From the NCBI GenBank assembly GCA_965216325.1, contig OZ244160.1, positions 32,001-96,000 of the forward strand: a DNA stretch of 64,000 nt. Direction: 5' to 3'. Positions 30,051 through 40,731 of the stretch are shown here, in pieces. The notes below the pieces were generated by a model. The model had not been told where the DNA came from. It saw only the letters and a list, made by a program, of their open reading frames with translations, and made no database searches. Position numbers and translations under genes: made by a program. This DNA is from Coraliomargarita sp. (GTDB lineage Bacteria; Verrucomicrobiota; Verrucomicrobiia; Opitutales; Coraliomargaritaceae). Each line of letters begins with the position of its first letter. Position 1 is the first letter of the stretch.

Positions 30051-30779
30051 CTAATGATTCTTTTTGAGTCGGACGCGTATGTGCGGCTGGTTTGCGTGTT
30101 TGGTCGTTTGTATTTCGAAGAGATCGATTGCGGCAAACAGGTCGCTAAGTTTGCTAAAACCGTAGGTGCGGTGATCAAATGGGCCCTGATTGTTTATTTG
30201 TGATCCGACAGGACCTAGGCTGGCCCAGCCATCGTCGTCCGCGACCAGTTCGACTGCTGAGCGTAGTGTATTCATGAGCTTGGTGTTCCCTTTCAACTCC
30301 AGACCTGACTCGCGTGTGCGCTTACGCCGTTGTTTGCCTTGTTCGTCATCGTCGAGATACAGGAACTTGGTGCAGCTGTTCATAAATGGCTCGGGGGTGC
30401 TCTGTCCGCCAAAGCCAATGACTTGTTTGCCCTCGGCTCTAAGGCGCATAATCAGCGGTGTGAAGTCGCAGTCAGAGGAAACTAGTGCAAAGGTCTGCAC
30501 GTCTTTGGAGTGCAGGATGTCCATCGCTTCGATTACCAATTTGATGTCGGTGGCGTTTTTGCCTTTGATCAGGTCAAAGAGCTGAATGGGTTCGATTGCG
30601 TAGTCGTGGAGAACTTTTTCCCAACTGCTGAGGCCGCGTTTCTTCCAGTTTCCGTAGGCGCGGCGAATGTTTACGGTTCCGTAGCTGGCGAGTTCGGTGA
30701 TGATGAATTCGATTTTTGCGGCAGGTGAGTTGTCCGCATCAATGAGTAGGGCAATGGTTTCTTTGGGGCTGTCATTCAT
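30051..30779 (-). CDS. NYN (LabA/DUF88) protein with OST-HTH/LOTUS domain
   Basis: LLIDADN, RRAYGNW, KNATD, SSDCDF; GWASLGPVG, FDHRTYGFSKLSDL. Confidence 0.92.
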   Translation of the reverse strand: MNDSPKETIALLIDADNSPAAKIEFIITELASYGTVNIRRAYGNWKKRGLSSWEKVLHDYAIEPIQLFDLIKGKNATDIKLVIEAMDILHSKDVQTFALVSSDCDFTPLIMRLRAEGKQVIGFGGQSTPEPFMNSCTKFLYLDDDEQGKQRRKRTRESGLELKGNTKLMNTLRSAVELVADDDGWASLGPVGSQINNQGPFDHRTYGFSKLSDLFAAIDLFEIQTTKHANQPHIRVRLKKNH

Positions 30780-30801
30780 AGTCTAGCCCTAGATTACACA
30801 C

Positions 30802-30836
30802 AAAAAACGGCGTATGGCAATTGCCATACGCCGTTT
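30802..30836 (-). terminator. efp terminator
   Basis: perfect palindrome AAACGGCGTATGGCAATTGCCATACGCCGTTT plus T-run on the minus strand. Confidence 0.75.
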
Positions 30837-30857
30837 GGAAAATCCAATTATACGGGC

Positions 30858-31415
30858 TTATGCGCGCCCCTGATAGGTCTTGTCGCTGGTGCTGACTTTG
30901 ACGACTTCACCTTCCTTGATGAAGAGCGGCACTTGGATAGTTAGGCCGGTTTCAAGGGTTGCTGGCTTTTGCACGTTGGATGCAGTGTCGCCTTTGACGC
31001 CTTCTGCGGATTCAATGACCTTCATTTCGATGGAAGCTGGGAGGTCGATTTGCACGGGTTTGTCGTCGACGTGGAGAATGCCGTAGCTTTGCGTTTCAAC
31101 GAGGAAGTCTTTTGCATCCTCGACGAGATCTTCAGCAAGGATGATGTCCTCGAAAGTCTCCGGATCCATGAAGTGGTAGCCGTCGCCGTCAACGTAGCTG
31201 AACTCAAGCTTGATGGTTTCCGTGTGGAGGATATCGACGCTATCAGTGGTGCGGATCTTGGTGTTGGTGGAGGATCCAGTGTTCAGATTGCGCATGGTGA
31301 CTTGCATGAAGCCTGCCTGGCGGCCCTGTGTGCGGTGCTGCACGTCGAGCACGAGGTGTGGTGCTCCTTGATAGTCAAGAACTTTGCCTTTTCGGACTTC
31401 GGTCGGTGATGCCAT
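30858..31415 (-). CDS. efp: translation elongation factor P
   Basis: YHFMDPETFE, GVKGDTA, KPATLETG, VPLFI, YQGRA; start at ATG 31415. Confidence 0.95.
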   Translation of the reverse strand: MASPTEVRKGKVLDYQGAPHLVLDVQHRTQGRQAGFMQVTMRNLNTGSSTNTKIRTTDSVDILHTETIKLEFSYVDGDGYHFMDPETFEDIILAEDLVEDAKDFLVETQSYGILHVDDKPVQIDLPASIEMKVIESAEGVKGDTASNVQKPATLETGLTIQVPLFIKEGEVVKVSTSDKTYQGRA

Positions 31416-31566
31416 AATTTCGTTGTGTTGGGTATTGTTGAAAAGCGCTCTGATTTGGCAGTCTGCAGCGATTCTGTCAAGTTTTGGGCGGAGCGGGCGA
31501 AAGGCGCATATTTGCACTCTTTCACGTTGCAATTAGAGGGAGGGCAAATTTAATGCCGCGCTTCTT

Positions 31567-33153
31567 ATGAAAATACTAGTCGCAGACCGCATCTCTCCCA
31601 TCGGTGTTGATTTGTTCAAAGCCCAAGACGGTTTTGAAGTTGTTGAAGCCTATGGTTCCTCTCCGGAACAGATCCTTGAGCTAGCCAAGGACGTTGACGC
31701 GATTGCCGTTCGGTCCGACACAAAGGTCACTGCTGATGTGATTGCAGCTGCGCCAAACCTGAAGGTTGTCGGCCGCGCTGGCGTGGGTGTCGACAACATC
31801 GACATCGAGGCAGCTACTGAGAACGGTGTGATTGTGATGAACACTCCAACGGGTAACACGATTGCGACTGCTGAGCTGACCTTCACTCACATGCTGGCTG
31901 GCACACGTCCAATCGTGCAGGCTTGTGCTCGCATGCGCGAGGGGGGCTGGGGCCGTAAAGAATTTGGTGGTTCTGAGCTGAACCAAAAGACACTCGGTGT
32001 GCTTGGAATGGGCCGCATCGGTGCTGAAGTCGCGAAGCGCGCGATGGCATTCCAAATGGATGTGCTCGCATATGACCCCTATCTCACTGAGTCCCGCGCA
32101 AACGCACTCGGCGTGAAGATGGCAACGCTTGACGAAGTGATCGAGAACGCCGATTACATCACCACTCACATGCCGCTGACTAAGGACACCAAGCACATGC
32201 TTAATGCGGATGCATTTGCACGCATGAAGGACGGTGTTCGCGTGTTTAACTGCGCGCGTGGCGGTATCATTGACGAAGCTGCACTGATCGAAGCGCTCAA
32301 TTCCGGTAAGGTTGCGACTGCTGGCCTCGATGTTTATGAAGACGAGCCACCTGCTGAGGATAGCCCACTGCGCAGCATCCCAAATCTTGTGCTGACTCCA
32401 CACCTCGGTGCGTCGACTGCGGAAGCGCAGGAAAATGTCGGTATCGATGTCGCGAAGCAAATGATCGAAGCTCTCACTGGAGGTATGGTGATCAATGCGC
32501 TGAATATGCCATCCGTTGACCCGAAGGTCCTCGAGAAGCTCGGTCCATATATCGAACTTGGCGAAAAGATCGGCACCTTCTCTCAGCAGCTTGCTCCTGA
32601 GGGTGTTGAGAAAATCACCATCCGCTACTACGGCAAGATTACGGAACTCGACACGCTTCCGCTTACAAATGCGATCCAGCGTGGCTTCCTCCGTGAGATT
32701 TCGGACAACGTGAACAACGTCAATGCGCCGAAGAAGATCGAGCGTCTTGGCATCGAAACCGAGCAAGTGAAGAGCAGCACACACGCTGACTTCAATGAGC
32801 TGATCGAAGTGGAAGTTACCTGCAAGGGGGGCAAGACACGCACGATCGGTGGCACGCTAGTTGGTAAGAACGAACAGCCGCGTATCGTTACCATCGACGG
32901 GCACGGTGTTGAGGTGAACACACACGCGACTCTTTTGGTCCTAAAGAACAAGGATGTTCCTGGTATCGTTGGTTTCATCGGTGTGACGCTTGGCGAGGAC
33001 AATGTGAACATCGCCAACATGTCCCTCAGCCGCGATCAGGGGGAAGGTTTCGCGGTTTCGGTCTTCGAACTCGACAGTGTTCCGTCCGAAGCTGCTGCTA
33101 CGAAGATCACCGAGCATGATGCGATTGAGAAGTATCGCGTGATCAAGCTCTAG
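31567..33153 (+). CDS. serA: D-3-phosphoglycerate dehydrogenase
   Basis: [34 protein letters not shown] and ACT domains. Confidence 0.96.
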   Translation: MKILVADRISPIGVDLFKAQDGFEVVEAYGSSPEQILELAKDVDAIAVRSDTKVTADVIAAAPNLKVVGRAGVGVDNIDIEAATENGVIVMNTPTGNTIATAELTFTHMLAGTRPIVQACARMREGGWGRKEFGGSELNQKTLGVLGMGRIGAEVAKRAMAFQMDVLAYDPYLTESRANALGVKMATLDEVIENADYITTHMPLTKDTKHMLNADAFARMKDGVRVFNCARGGIIDEAALIEALNSGKVATAGLDVYEDEPPAEDSPLRSIPNLVLTPHLGASTAEAQENVGIDVAKQMIEALTGGMVINALNMPSVDPKVLEKLGPYIELGEKIGTFSQQLAPEGVEKITIRYYGKITELDTLPLTNAIQRGFLREISDNVNNVNAPKKIERLGIETEQVKSSTHADFNELIEVEVTCKGGKTRTIGGTLVGKNEQPRIVTIDGHGVEVNTHATLLVLKNKDVPGIVGFIGVTLGEDNVNIANMSLSRDQGEGFAVSVFELDSVPSEAAATKITEHDAIEKYRVIKL

Positions 33154-33181
33154 TCTTGGTTAGCACTGATCGTTAACTTTC

Positions 33182-33217
33182 AAAAACTCCGTTGGTTCTC
33201 GGCCGACGGAGTTTTTT
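33182..33217 (+). terminator. intrinsic terminator
   Basis: AAAACTCCGTTGG..CCGACGGAGTTTTTT. Confidence 0.7.
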
Positions 33218-33260
33218 CTTTTCAACCCACGAGGATCTTTGTGATCATTCAACTATAGTT

Positions 33261-33860
33261 ATGTCAGTCCTAGTCCTACAAATTATCATCGTTTCAGTGG
33301 TCGGCTATTTACTTGGAGCGATCAGCTTCGCGGTAATCGTAGCTAAGAGCAAGGGAGTCGATATCTTCAAAGAGGGGAGCGGTAATCCGGGTGCGACCAA
33401 CGTGAAGCGCGTGCTCGGCTCAAAGTGTGGTAACACGGTTTTTGCGCTGGATGCTTTGAAGGGGGTGGTTGCTGCGGGCTGGCCATATTGGATTCTTGGC
33501 GATATTCAGCTTGGTGTAATTGGCCTGCTGGCTGCGATTATCGGTCACAGCTTCTCGGTGTTCCTGAAGTTCCGTGGCGGGAAGGGAGTCGCAACGACAA
33601 TGGGTGGCTTGCTGGCCTTGATGCCACTGGTGCTGGTCATCGGAGTGCTCGTATGGATCGTGATTTTCTATAGCACGAAGGTGGTGGCATTGGCGTCGAT
33701 CCTATTTGCACTGAGTTTGCCGGTGAGTGCTTGTATTCTGCACGGCACAAGTGACCCTCGGTTTACTCTCGCGGTTGTTTTGGGACTGCTGATTGTTGTG
33801 CGACATCGTTCCAATATTTCGCGATTGCTCTCAGGCAAAGAGAATAGCTTCAAAAAGTAG
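33261..33860 (+). CDS. plsY: glycerol-3-phosphate acyltransferase
   Basis: GSGNPGATN, DALKG, GHSFS..FRGGKGVAT, RHRSNI.RL. Confidence 0.96.
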   Translation: MSVLVLQIIIVSVVGYLLGAISFAVIVAKSKGVDIFKEGSGNPGATNVKRVLGSKCGNTVFALDALKGVVAAGWPYWILGDIQLGVIGLLAAIIGHSFSVFLKFRGGKGVATTMGGLLALMPLVLVIGVLVWIVIFYSTKVVALASILFALSLPVSACILHGTSDPRFTLAVVLGLLIVVRHRSNISRLLSGKENSFKK

Positions 33861-33939
33861 CGTGCGCACTTGTGCGTCACTATCAAGTCGAAGCCTCGAT
33901 CAACAGTGCATCCACAAGTGGAGCACCTACAGGGCTGTA

Positions 33940-35097
33940 TTAACTGGCTTCGCTGTCTTCCTTGGGGTGGTAGAACTGTTGGTGTGTCTCGCTGAGCAGT
34001 TGCTTGACGTTGAGTTCAGCAATGGTGCGTGTTGAGTCGACTTTATCAACCGCCTCAGTAGTCGCAAAGCAGCCGGGGAACCAGTCGCCTTTGCCTTCAA
34101 ACATATTGTAGCGCATATCACCGAAGCTGGTCTGGTCGTAGCATTTCCACATGCGACGCATGCGTATCACTTCGGGGATATTGATGCCCGATGGGTCGCC
34201 AAGCATTTCGTAGCCTTCCCAAGCGGTTTCAGGGGCGTCGAGTTGTGCAGCATTCATACGTTGAGTGATCTCCTGATCCGCGCGTGACAGCGGAACACTG
34301 AACGGGAAAATGCCTGACATTTCCTGAACGTGTTCAGGTTCGCTCAGGCCGAAGCTCAGAGTGTGGATGTTCGGGTTCTGTAAGCACCAGCGGGCGTTAA
34401 ACTGTATCGGCGTGAGTGGGGCGCAGAGCTTGGTGAGCTTTGTTGAGGGCTCGTAGAGTTTACCACCCTTGTCGTTCGGGGAGATGATGAAGATCCCGAG
34501 GCCTTTGGCGGCCGCGTAGTCGACCGCGCCGCGGTTGCGTTGCATGAAATAGTAGTAGTGCAGGTTTACGAAGCTGAACAGGTTGGTGGCGACGGCGTCG
34601 ATGATCACCTCAAGAGGGCCGTGGGTGGAGAAGCCGACATCACCAATGATGCCTTCGTCCTTCATTTTGAGCAGTTCTTCGACAGGGCCACCCGGCTTAG
34701 TCGCGATCGACAATTTCTCGGGAGTGTTGATTCCGTGCCAACCGTAGAGGTCGATGTGATCTGTTTTCAATGCCGTGAGCTGCTGCTCAACCAGTGCACG
34801 CATCTCATTCGCTGTGTTGGCCGCGCCTTTGGTCATTAGGTTGTAACTGTCACGTTTCCAGCCAAGCACGTCATTGAGTGCGATCCCGTGGCAGTGTTCG
34901 CTCTTGCCATAGCCATATGCGGTCTCGATATGGTTCACTCCTTGAGCAAAGGCACGCGCCACGATGTCGGCACATTGGTCGATCATCTTGGTTGATGGCT
35001 CATTGCGGGGTTCACCCCAGCCGTCGTGATAGCGCATGCCGCCTAGGGTGATGGTGGAAAGCCAGCGGTCGGTTTTACCGAACCTACGATAGGCCAT
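33940..35097 (-). CDS. aldo/keto reductase family protein
   Basis: YRRFGKT, LGGMRY, NHIETAYGYG, GFSTHG, ISPNDKGG. Confidence 0.88.
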   Translation of the reverse strand: MAYRRFGKTDRWLSTITLGGMRYHDGWGEPRNEPSTKMIDQCADIVARAFAQGVNHIETAYGYGKSEHCHGIALNDVLGWKRDSYNLMTKGAANTANEMRALVEQQLTALKTDHIDLYGWHGINTPEKLSIATKPGGPVEELLKMKDEGIIGDVGFSTHGPLEVIIDAVATNLFSFVNLHYYYFMQRNRGAVDYAAAKGLGIFIISPNDKGGKLYEPSTKLTKLCAPLTPIQFNARWCLQNPNIHTLSFGLSEPEHVQEMSGIFPFSVPLSRADQEITQRMNAAQLDAPETAWEGYEMLGDPSGINIPEVIRMRRMWKCYDQTSFGDMRYNMFEGKGDWFPGCFATTEAVDKVDSTRTIAELNVKQLLSETHQQFYHPKEDSEAS

Positions 35098-35201
35098 CGT
35101 CGATTTCTGATTCTTAATTTCCACTGAGACTGAGCGAAGTCTGATCTTGAAACTTTGCAAACCTGATATTGGCTGTCCTGCTTTACTTTTTACAAATCTA
35201 C

Positions 35202-36530
35202 ATGTCTGAGAAACGCACTATCCGCATCGGACTTCTTGGCTTCGGCGTCGTCGGCCAAGGTGTCTGGAAGAATATCGAGAACAATCGCCAAGCTTTGGAA
35301 TACCGCCTCGGTGCTGAATTAGACATCACGCAGGTTGTCGTCAAAAATCTGAGCCGTGAACGTGAGGTTGTAGTGCCTGCTGAGTGCCTCTCTGTAGAAC
35401 CTGCGAAGGTCGTCGATAACCCGGAAATTGATATCGTCTGTGAGCTGATGGGCGGCACCGACGAGGCGCTTGAGTTAACTCGACGTGCACTCCAGCAAGG
35501 TAAGATCGTGGTAACCGCGAACAAAGCGCTGATCTGCGAACATGGCGAAGAGTTGTTCAAAATCGCGAATGAGAACGGCGGCCACTATTTCTACGAGGCA
35601 TCGGTTGCCGGTGGCATCCCGATCATTAAGACGATCCGCGAGGCACTGGTTGCGAATCGTTTCAAGCAGATCTTTGGCATTCTAAACGGCACCTCAAATT
35701 ACATTCTCACTCGTATGGAGCGTGAGGGACTGAGCTTTGAGGATACGCTTGGTGATGCGCGCAAGCTTGGATATGTCGAGGCGGATGAAGCACTCGATCT
35801 CGATGGTATCGATGCTGCTCACAAGGCGGTCATCCTTGCTTACTTGGCGCACGGCAAATGGGTGAAGCTCGAGGAGATCATTTGTGAAGGCATCCGAGAG
35901 ATCACAGGGGATGATATCGCGATTGCCGGTGAGCTTGGCTACAAAATCAAGCTGCTGGCTGTGATTGAACGCGATTTCGTAGCCAACCAGCTTTCGGTTC
36001 GTCTACACCCTGCATTGATCTCCAAGAGCGAGGTAATTGCAGGTGTGGATGAGGTCTATAATGGTGTCAGTGTCACGGGCGACGTCGTCGGCACTACTGT
36101 ATTGATCGGCCGTGGAGCAGGGCAGGATGCCACATCCAGTTCCGTCATTAGTGATATCGCGGATGCGGTCTTCATGCTGCAGGGGGCGCCCAAGCCAGCC
36201 ATTTCAGAAGAAGACGAGAAAGTTTATCAACAGCTTGCCGATGGCCTTGAACTTGCCGCCAAGGATCAGTTGAGCGGATCCTACTACCTCCGTATTCATG
36301 TGAAGGATGAAGAGGGCGTATTGGCAAAGATCTCGAACATCCTCGCTGAGCATCATATCAGTTTTGCCACTGTGAACCAAAAAGAGCTGTCGGATGGCAC
36401 TGCACGGATCATGCTGACCACGCACGAGAGCAATGAAACTGCGATCGCTCAGGCGAAGGCCGCACTTGCGGATCAGGATGTTGTGATTGAAACACCAGTG
36501 AGCTTCCGCATTTTTGCTCCTGCTGTGTAA
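35202..36530 (+). CDS. hom: homoserine dehydrogenase with ACT domain
   Basis: GLLGFGVVG, VTANKAL, YEASVAGGIP, GILNGTSNYIL. Confidence 0.96.
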   Translation: MSEKRTIRIGLLGFGVVGQGVWKNIENNRQALEYRLGAELDITQVVVKNLSREREVVVPAECLSVEPAKVVDNPEIDIVCELMGGTDEALELTRRALQQGKIVVTANKALICEHGEELFKIANENGGHYFYEASVAGGIPIIKTIREALVANRFKQIFGILNGTSNYILTRMEREGLSFEDTLGDARKLGYVEADEALDLDGIDAAHKAVILAYLAHGKWVKLEEIICEGIREITGDDIAIAGELGYKIKLLAVIERDFVANQLSVRLHPALISKSEVIAGVDEVYNGVSVTGDVVGTTVLIGRGAGQDATSSSVISDIADAVFMLQGAPKPAISEEDEKVYQQLADGLELAAKDQLSGSYYLRIHVKDEEGVLAKISNILAEHHISFATVNQKELSDGTARIMLTTHESNETAIAQAKAALADQDVVIETPVSFRIFAPAV

Positions 36531-36623
36531 TTGTGTCATTTTTGTGATTTCGCAGAAGAGCATTGCTAGTGGACTCATTTCCAGCATCAGGAGAAAACCC
36601 TTAACCCTCAAAAATCCAAAAAC

Positions 36624-37982
36624 ATGAAAATTTGCTGCATCGGAGCAGGCTACGTTGGTGGCCCAACTATGGCAATGATTGCGCACAAGTGCGCAGATCA
36701 CACCGTAACCGTCGTTGATATCAACCAAGCTCGTATTGACGCTTGGAATTCGGACGAACTGCCTATTTACGAGCCGGGTCTCGACGAAGTGGTGAAGGCA
36801 GCCCGTGGCAAGAACCTGTTTTTCTCGACAGATGTGGATGCGGGGATCCGTGAGGCGGACATGATCTTCATGTCGGTGAATACACCTACCAAGACCTACG
36901 GTGCGGGAGCTGGTCGCGCTGCAGATTTGCGCTACATTGAAAAGTGTGCGCGTAAGATCGCTGAGGTTTCTGAAGGCGATAAGATTGTGGTTGAGAAGTC
37001 CACATTGCCAGTCCGCACAGCGGAGTCGATTAAGCGCATTCTCGAGGCCAACGCTAAAGGCCGCAAATTCCAGATTCTGTCCAATCCTGAGTTCCTGGCT
37101 GAAGGCACTGCAATTGACGATCTGAACAATCCAGATCGTGTATTGATTGGCGGCGAGGAAAGTGCAGAGGGCGAAGTTGCTATTCAAAAGCTGGTGGATG
37201 TCTACGCGACTTGGGTGCCGCGCGAGAAAATCATTACCACCAATGTCTGGTCTTCCGAGCTCTCCAAGTTGACTGCAAACGCGTTCCTTGCGCAGCGTGT
37301 ATCCTCCATTAACGCAATTTCTGCCCTCTGTGAAGAGACGGGGGCGAATGTTGACGAAGTTGCGGCTGCGATCGGAACGGATAGTCGTATCGGTCCAAAG
37401 TTCCTGAAGTCCTCTGTTGGTTTCGGAGGCTCATGCTTCCAAAAGGATATTCTGAATCTGGTCTACCTCTGTGAGCACTTTGGTCTTCCCGACGTGGCGG
37501 CTTACTGGAACAGCGTCATCGAGATGAACGACTACCAGAAGCATCGCTTTGCGCGTCGTGTGGTTTCGACACTCTTCAACACCGTATCCGAGAAGAAGCT
37601 CGCCGTGTTAGGCTTCGCATTCAAGAAGGATACCAATGATACCAGAGAGTCCGCTGCGATCTATGTGTGCCGAGATTTGATCGAAGAGTTGGCAAATGTG
37701 GCGATTTACGACCCGAAGGTGCCTGCCGCACAGATTTACCATGACCTTCAGGTTGAGGCGAGTGACGAACGTGTCAGTATTTGTGCCGATGCATATGAGG
37801 CGACCGAAGATGCACATGCAGTGCTTATCTTGACCGAGTGGGATGAGTTTAAGGCGCTCGATTTCAAGAAGATACACGATCGGATGCAGAAGCCGGCCTT
37901 CCTGTTTGATGGTCGTAATCTGCTGGATTTGGAAGCGTTGCGCGAAATCGGTTTTGAGGCCCGTGGAATAGGGCAGGGCTAG
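36624..37982 (+). CDS. ugd: UDP-glucose 6-dehydrogenase
   Basis: [35 protein letters not shown]. Confidence 0.96.
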   Translation: MKICCIGAGYVGGPTMAMIAHKCADHTVTVVDINQARIDAWNSDELPIYEPGLDEVVKAARGKNLFFSTDVDAGIREADMIFMSVNTPTKTYGAGAGRAADLRYIEKCARKIAEVSEGDKIVVEKSTLPVRTAESIKRILEANAKGRKFQILSNPEFLAEGTAIDDLNNPDRVLIGGEESAEGEVAIQKLVDVYATWVPREKIITTNVWSSELSKLTANAFLAQRVSSINAISALCEETGANVDEVAAAIGTDSRIGPKFLKSSVGFGGSCFQKDILNLVYLCEHFGLPDVAAYWNSVIEMNDYQKHRFARRVVSTLFNTVSEKKLAVLGFAFKKDTNDTRESAAIYVCRDLIEELANVAIYDPKVPAAQIYHDLQVEASDERVSICADAYEATEDAHAVLILTEWDEFKALDFKKIHDRMQKPAFLFDGRNLLDLEALREIGFEARGIGQG

Positions 37983-38082
37983 GTCTCCAGAAAACAGCAT
38001 GGACCGTGGATTTCTCAGGATTCGGCCTTGACAGGCACTGCCTCAATCCGCACCTTCCCGCTCTTTTACAACTTTCAACGTT

Positions 38083-38340
<258 letters not shown>

Positions 38341-38361
38341 GCTCGGATCAATCCATTTCCT

Positions 38362-38398
38362 TACCCTCGGTTATCGCTGGTCGATCCGAGGGTATTTT
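38362..38398 (+). terminator. rpsT terminator
   Basis: TACCCTCGG..CCGAGGGTA followed by TTTT. Confidence 0.65.
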
Positions 38399-38421
38399 GT
38401 ATCCAAATTCGACACCACACC

Positions 38422-39210
38422 ATGTGCGCTAAGTCTAAACAGAACGCGATCGGTTTTCCGCCGCCACTTTTGGGTGAACAGCCGCTTCGCCTGACTGTGC
38501 TTGCTGAGTCGGCCAATTGGGTTGCGCTGGATAAACCGGCGGGCGTTGGGGTGCGTGAGCATCCTTGGGATGAGAATTGTCAGAATTTGGACACGGCGTT
38601 GAATGCACAGCTTAAAACCGCAAAGCCAGAGTTATTGAAGCGTGATGCAGAGTTGTTTGGCTCGGTGTATCATTTTGATGCAGCGATCAGCGGAGTGTCT
38701 TTGTTTGCCATGAAGCGTGATGCGCTTGCCGAGTTTCGTAATGACTATGGTTCAGAACATCTCAGGTTTCGATTTATCTTTGTGAGCCGCGCAGGTGACC
38801 AGGATGCTGTGATCTCCGCAGATGCTCCCTTGCTGCAGCATAACACTAAGCTGAAAATGATCCCATCCAGTGCGAAGGGGAAAAAAGCCCAGACAACATT
38901 CCAACGATTGGGCACTTCGACCTCTGGTTGGTCGCTATGGGAGGCGACGACACATTTTATACGTCCTCATCAAATACGGGCGCATGCTGCGGTTCATGGT
39001 ATTCCAGTTGTGGGTGATGAACTCTACGACGGCGCTCCCGTTCCAACACTCAGGGATCTCATGCCCAAAAAGCGTGGGCCAGGAATGCAGGCAGCTGCGT
39101 TTGATGGGATACCGCTGCATTTGGCCTCGGTAACACTGCCGAATGGTGTCGAAGTTGAAGCGCCTTTGCCAAAAAACTTTGAGGTGCTTCTGCGCCGCCT
39201 AGGATTATAG
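38422..39210 (+). CDS. RluA-family pseudouridine synthase-like protein, divergent
   Basis: LDKPAG, YHFD (usually HRLD), HQIRAH...PVVGDELY, LHLASV. Confidence 0.8.
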   Translation: MCAKSKQNAIGFPPPLLGEQPLRLTVLAESANWVALDKPAGVGVREHPWDENCQNLDTALNAQLKTAKPELLKRDAELFGSVYHFDAAISGVSLFAMKRDALAEFRNDYGSEHLRFRFIFVSRAGDQDAVISADAPLLQHNTKLKMIPSSAKGKKAQTTFQRLGTSTSGWSLWEATTHFIRPHQIRAHAAVHGIPVVGDELYDGAPVPTLRDLMPKKRGPGMQAAAFDGIPLHLASVTLPNGVEVEAPLPKNFEVLLRRLGL

Positions 39211-39215
39211 CCTTT

Positions 39216-39293
39216 GTAGGGGCGCGACTTGACGCGCCTGCAGGAATCTGAGAAACCGCTAAGCATGGCGGGCGCGTCAAGTCGCGCCCCTAC
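39216..39293. repeat. REP/REPIN-like palindrome, copy 1
   Basis: GTAGGGGCGCGACTTGACGCGCC ... GGCGCGTCAAGTCGCGCCCCTAC; near-identical arms at 60370. Confidence 0.85.
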
Positions 39294-39309
39294 CTTTGAT
39301 CCGAAACAT

Positions 39310-39978
39310 ATGAGCGCATTAGAAGACCTTCTACAGACTGTTGCAGCACTTCGAGAGCCGGAAACCGGCTGCCCTTGGGACATTGAACAAACACACCAGT
39401 CGATCACGGATTGCCTGATTGATGAGTGCTGTGAGCTGCTGCAAACCATTGATCGCAACGACATGCATCACATGGAGGAGGAGCTTGGTGATGTGCTCCT
39501 GCAAGTCGTCATGCACGCTCAGATGGCGAAGGAGGCCGGCCATTTCGATTTCGAAGACGTCTGCAAGGAGATTAACGAAAAGCTGGTGCGTCGCCATCCG
39601 CACGTTTTTGGCGAAAACGCACTCGGTGACACCGACGCAGTGCTCAAGCAATGGGACGACATTAAGGCGGCCGAGAAGAAGCGCGGTCCACAACAGGAGG
39701 GCCGTTTCAAAGATCTACCACGCCAGTTGCCCGCACTGATGTTTGCGCAAGACGTCTTCAAGCAGATTCAAAAGCAGCAAATGGAAGCTGCTGATGTGAT
39801 TGATGAAGGCGGCATTGAAATGACTGCAGCAGCACTCGCGGCAGACGAAGCTGCCCTCGGCAAGCAGTTGTTCGAAATTGCAGCCGCGTGCCGGATTAAA
39901 AAGATTGAGCCGGAATCTGCGCTACGTCGCTATGCACAAAGCGTGGTCGACCAATTGGAGGCGAAGTCGGCCCACTAA
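39310..39978 (+). CDS. mazG: MazG nucleoside triphosphate pyrophosphohydrolase
   Basis: GCPWDIEQT, EEELGDVLLQ, KLVRRHPHVF; second domain reduced. Confidence 0.9.
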   Translation: MSALEDLLQTVAALREPETGCPWDIEQTHQSITDCLIDECCELLQTIDRNDMHHMEEELGDVLLQVVMHAQMAKEAGHFDFEDVCKEINEKLVRRHPHVFGENALGDTDAVLKQWDDIKAAEKKRGPQQEGRFKDLPRQLPALMFAQDVFKQIQKQQMEAADVIDEGGIEMTAAALAADEAALGKQLFEIAAACRIKKIEPESALRRYAQSVVDQLEAKSAH

Positions 39979-40030
39979 TTTCACGAATGGACACGAATGA
40001 GTATTGGTGACAATTCGTGTGTATTCGTGG
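39974..40030. repeat. inverted short-period repeat (CACGAAT..ATTCGTG)
   Basis: CACTAATTTCACGAATGGACACGAAT versus ATTCGTGTGTATTCGTGG. Confidence 0.65.
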
Positions 40031-40731
40031 GCAATCAATCGGTGCCACTTGAGATTCGGCGACGCAAAGGAACGAAGTATCTTAAAATCAGCCTTGGCTA
40101 CCAAAACCAAATTGTCGTTTCGGTTCCATGGCGATGCTCCGAAAAAGTTGCGCTGGGCTTTGTCGAGAAACAGCGAGCATGGCTGGAACAGCAACTCGCG
40201 AAGGCTCCACAGCCTCGAACAATTGAGAGCTGGCTGAGTGAGCACCCACAGGTCAGTGCCAGTGGTGATCGCTTTCACGTTCAAGTTGAACGGACCGAGC
40301 GTGCGCGGGCGGACTATACTTTCGATAACTCTGGAGCGGATCTGGTTTTGCGGCTGCCACAGACTGCAACCGAAGGAACACTGCTTCGCCTCGTGCGTAG
40401 CTTTGCGAAAGATGCCTTACATTGTCGCGTGGCGTATCAGGCAAAGCGCCTTGGCTTTGCGATTCCAATTGTATCCGTTCGGGATCAATCCAGCCGTTGG
40501 GGCTCATGCTCTTCGACAGGCAAGCTCTCGCTGAATTGGCGTTTGATTCTCTTAGCTCCAGAATTGCAAGACTACGTCATCCTGCACGAGCTCGCGCATT
40601 TGACGGAAATGAATCATTCTAAGCGTTTCTGGGCCTTATTGGATACTTACGATCCCAACCGAGTCGCCCACGAAGCCGAGTTAGATCGTATTGGCCCCGA
40701 GCTCATGCGGGTGGGGCGTTTTAGGGATTAG
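39997..40731 (+). CDS. SprT/YgjP-like (DUF45) metal-dependent hydrolase
   Basis: RWGSCS, LNWRL, DYVILHELAH...NHSKRFW. Confidence 0.9.
   Translation: MSIGDNSCVFVGNQSVPLEIRRRKGTKYLKISLGYQNQIVVSVPWRCSEKVALGFVEKQRAWLEQQLAKAPQPRTIESWLSEHPQVSASGDRFHVQVERTERARADYTFDNSGADLVLRLPQTATEGTLLRLVRSFAKDALHCRVAYQAKRLGFAIPIVSVRDQSSRWGSCSSTGKLSLNWRLILLAPELQDYVILHELAHLTEMNHSKRFWALLDTYDPNRVAHEAELDRIGPELMRVGRFRD

Noticed and set aside
30051..30779. NYN protein as part of a defence or toxin-antitoxin system
   Set aside because: Solitary, common LabA/DUF88-LOTUS architecture with no partner genes
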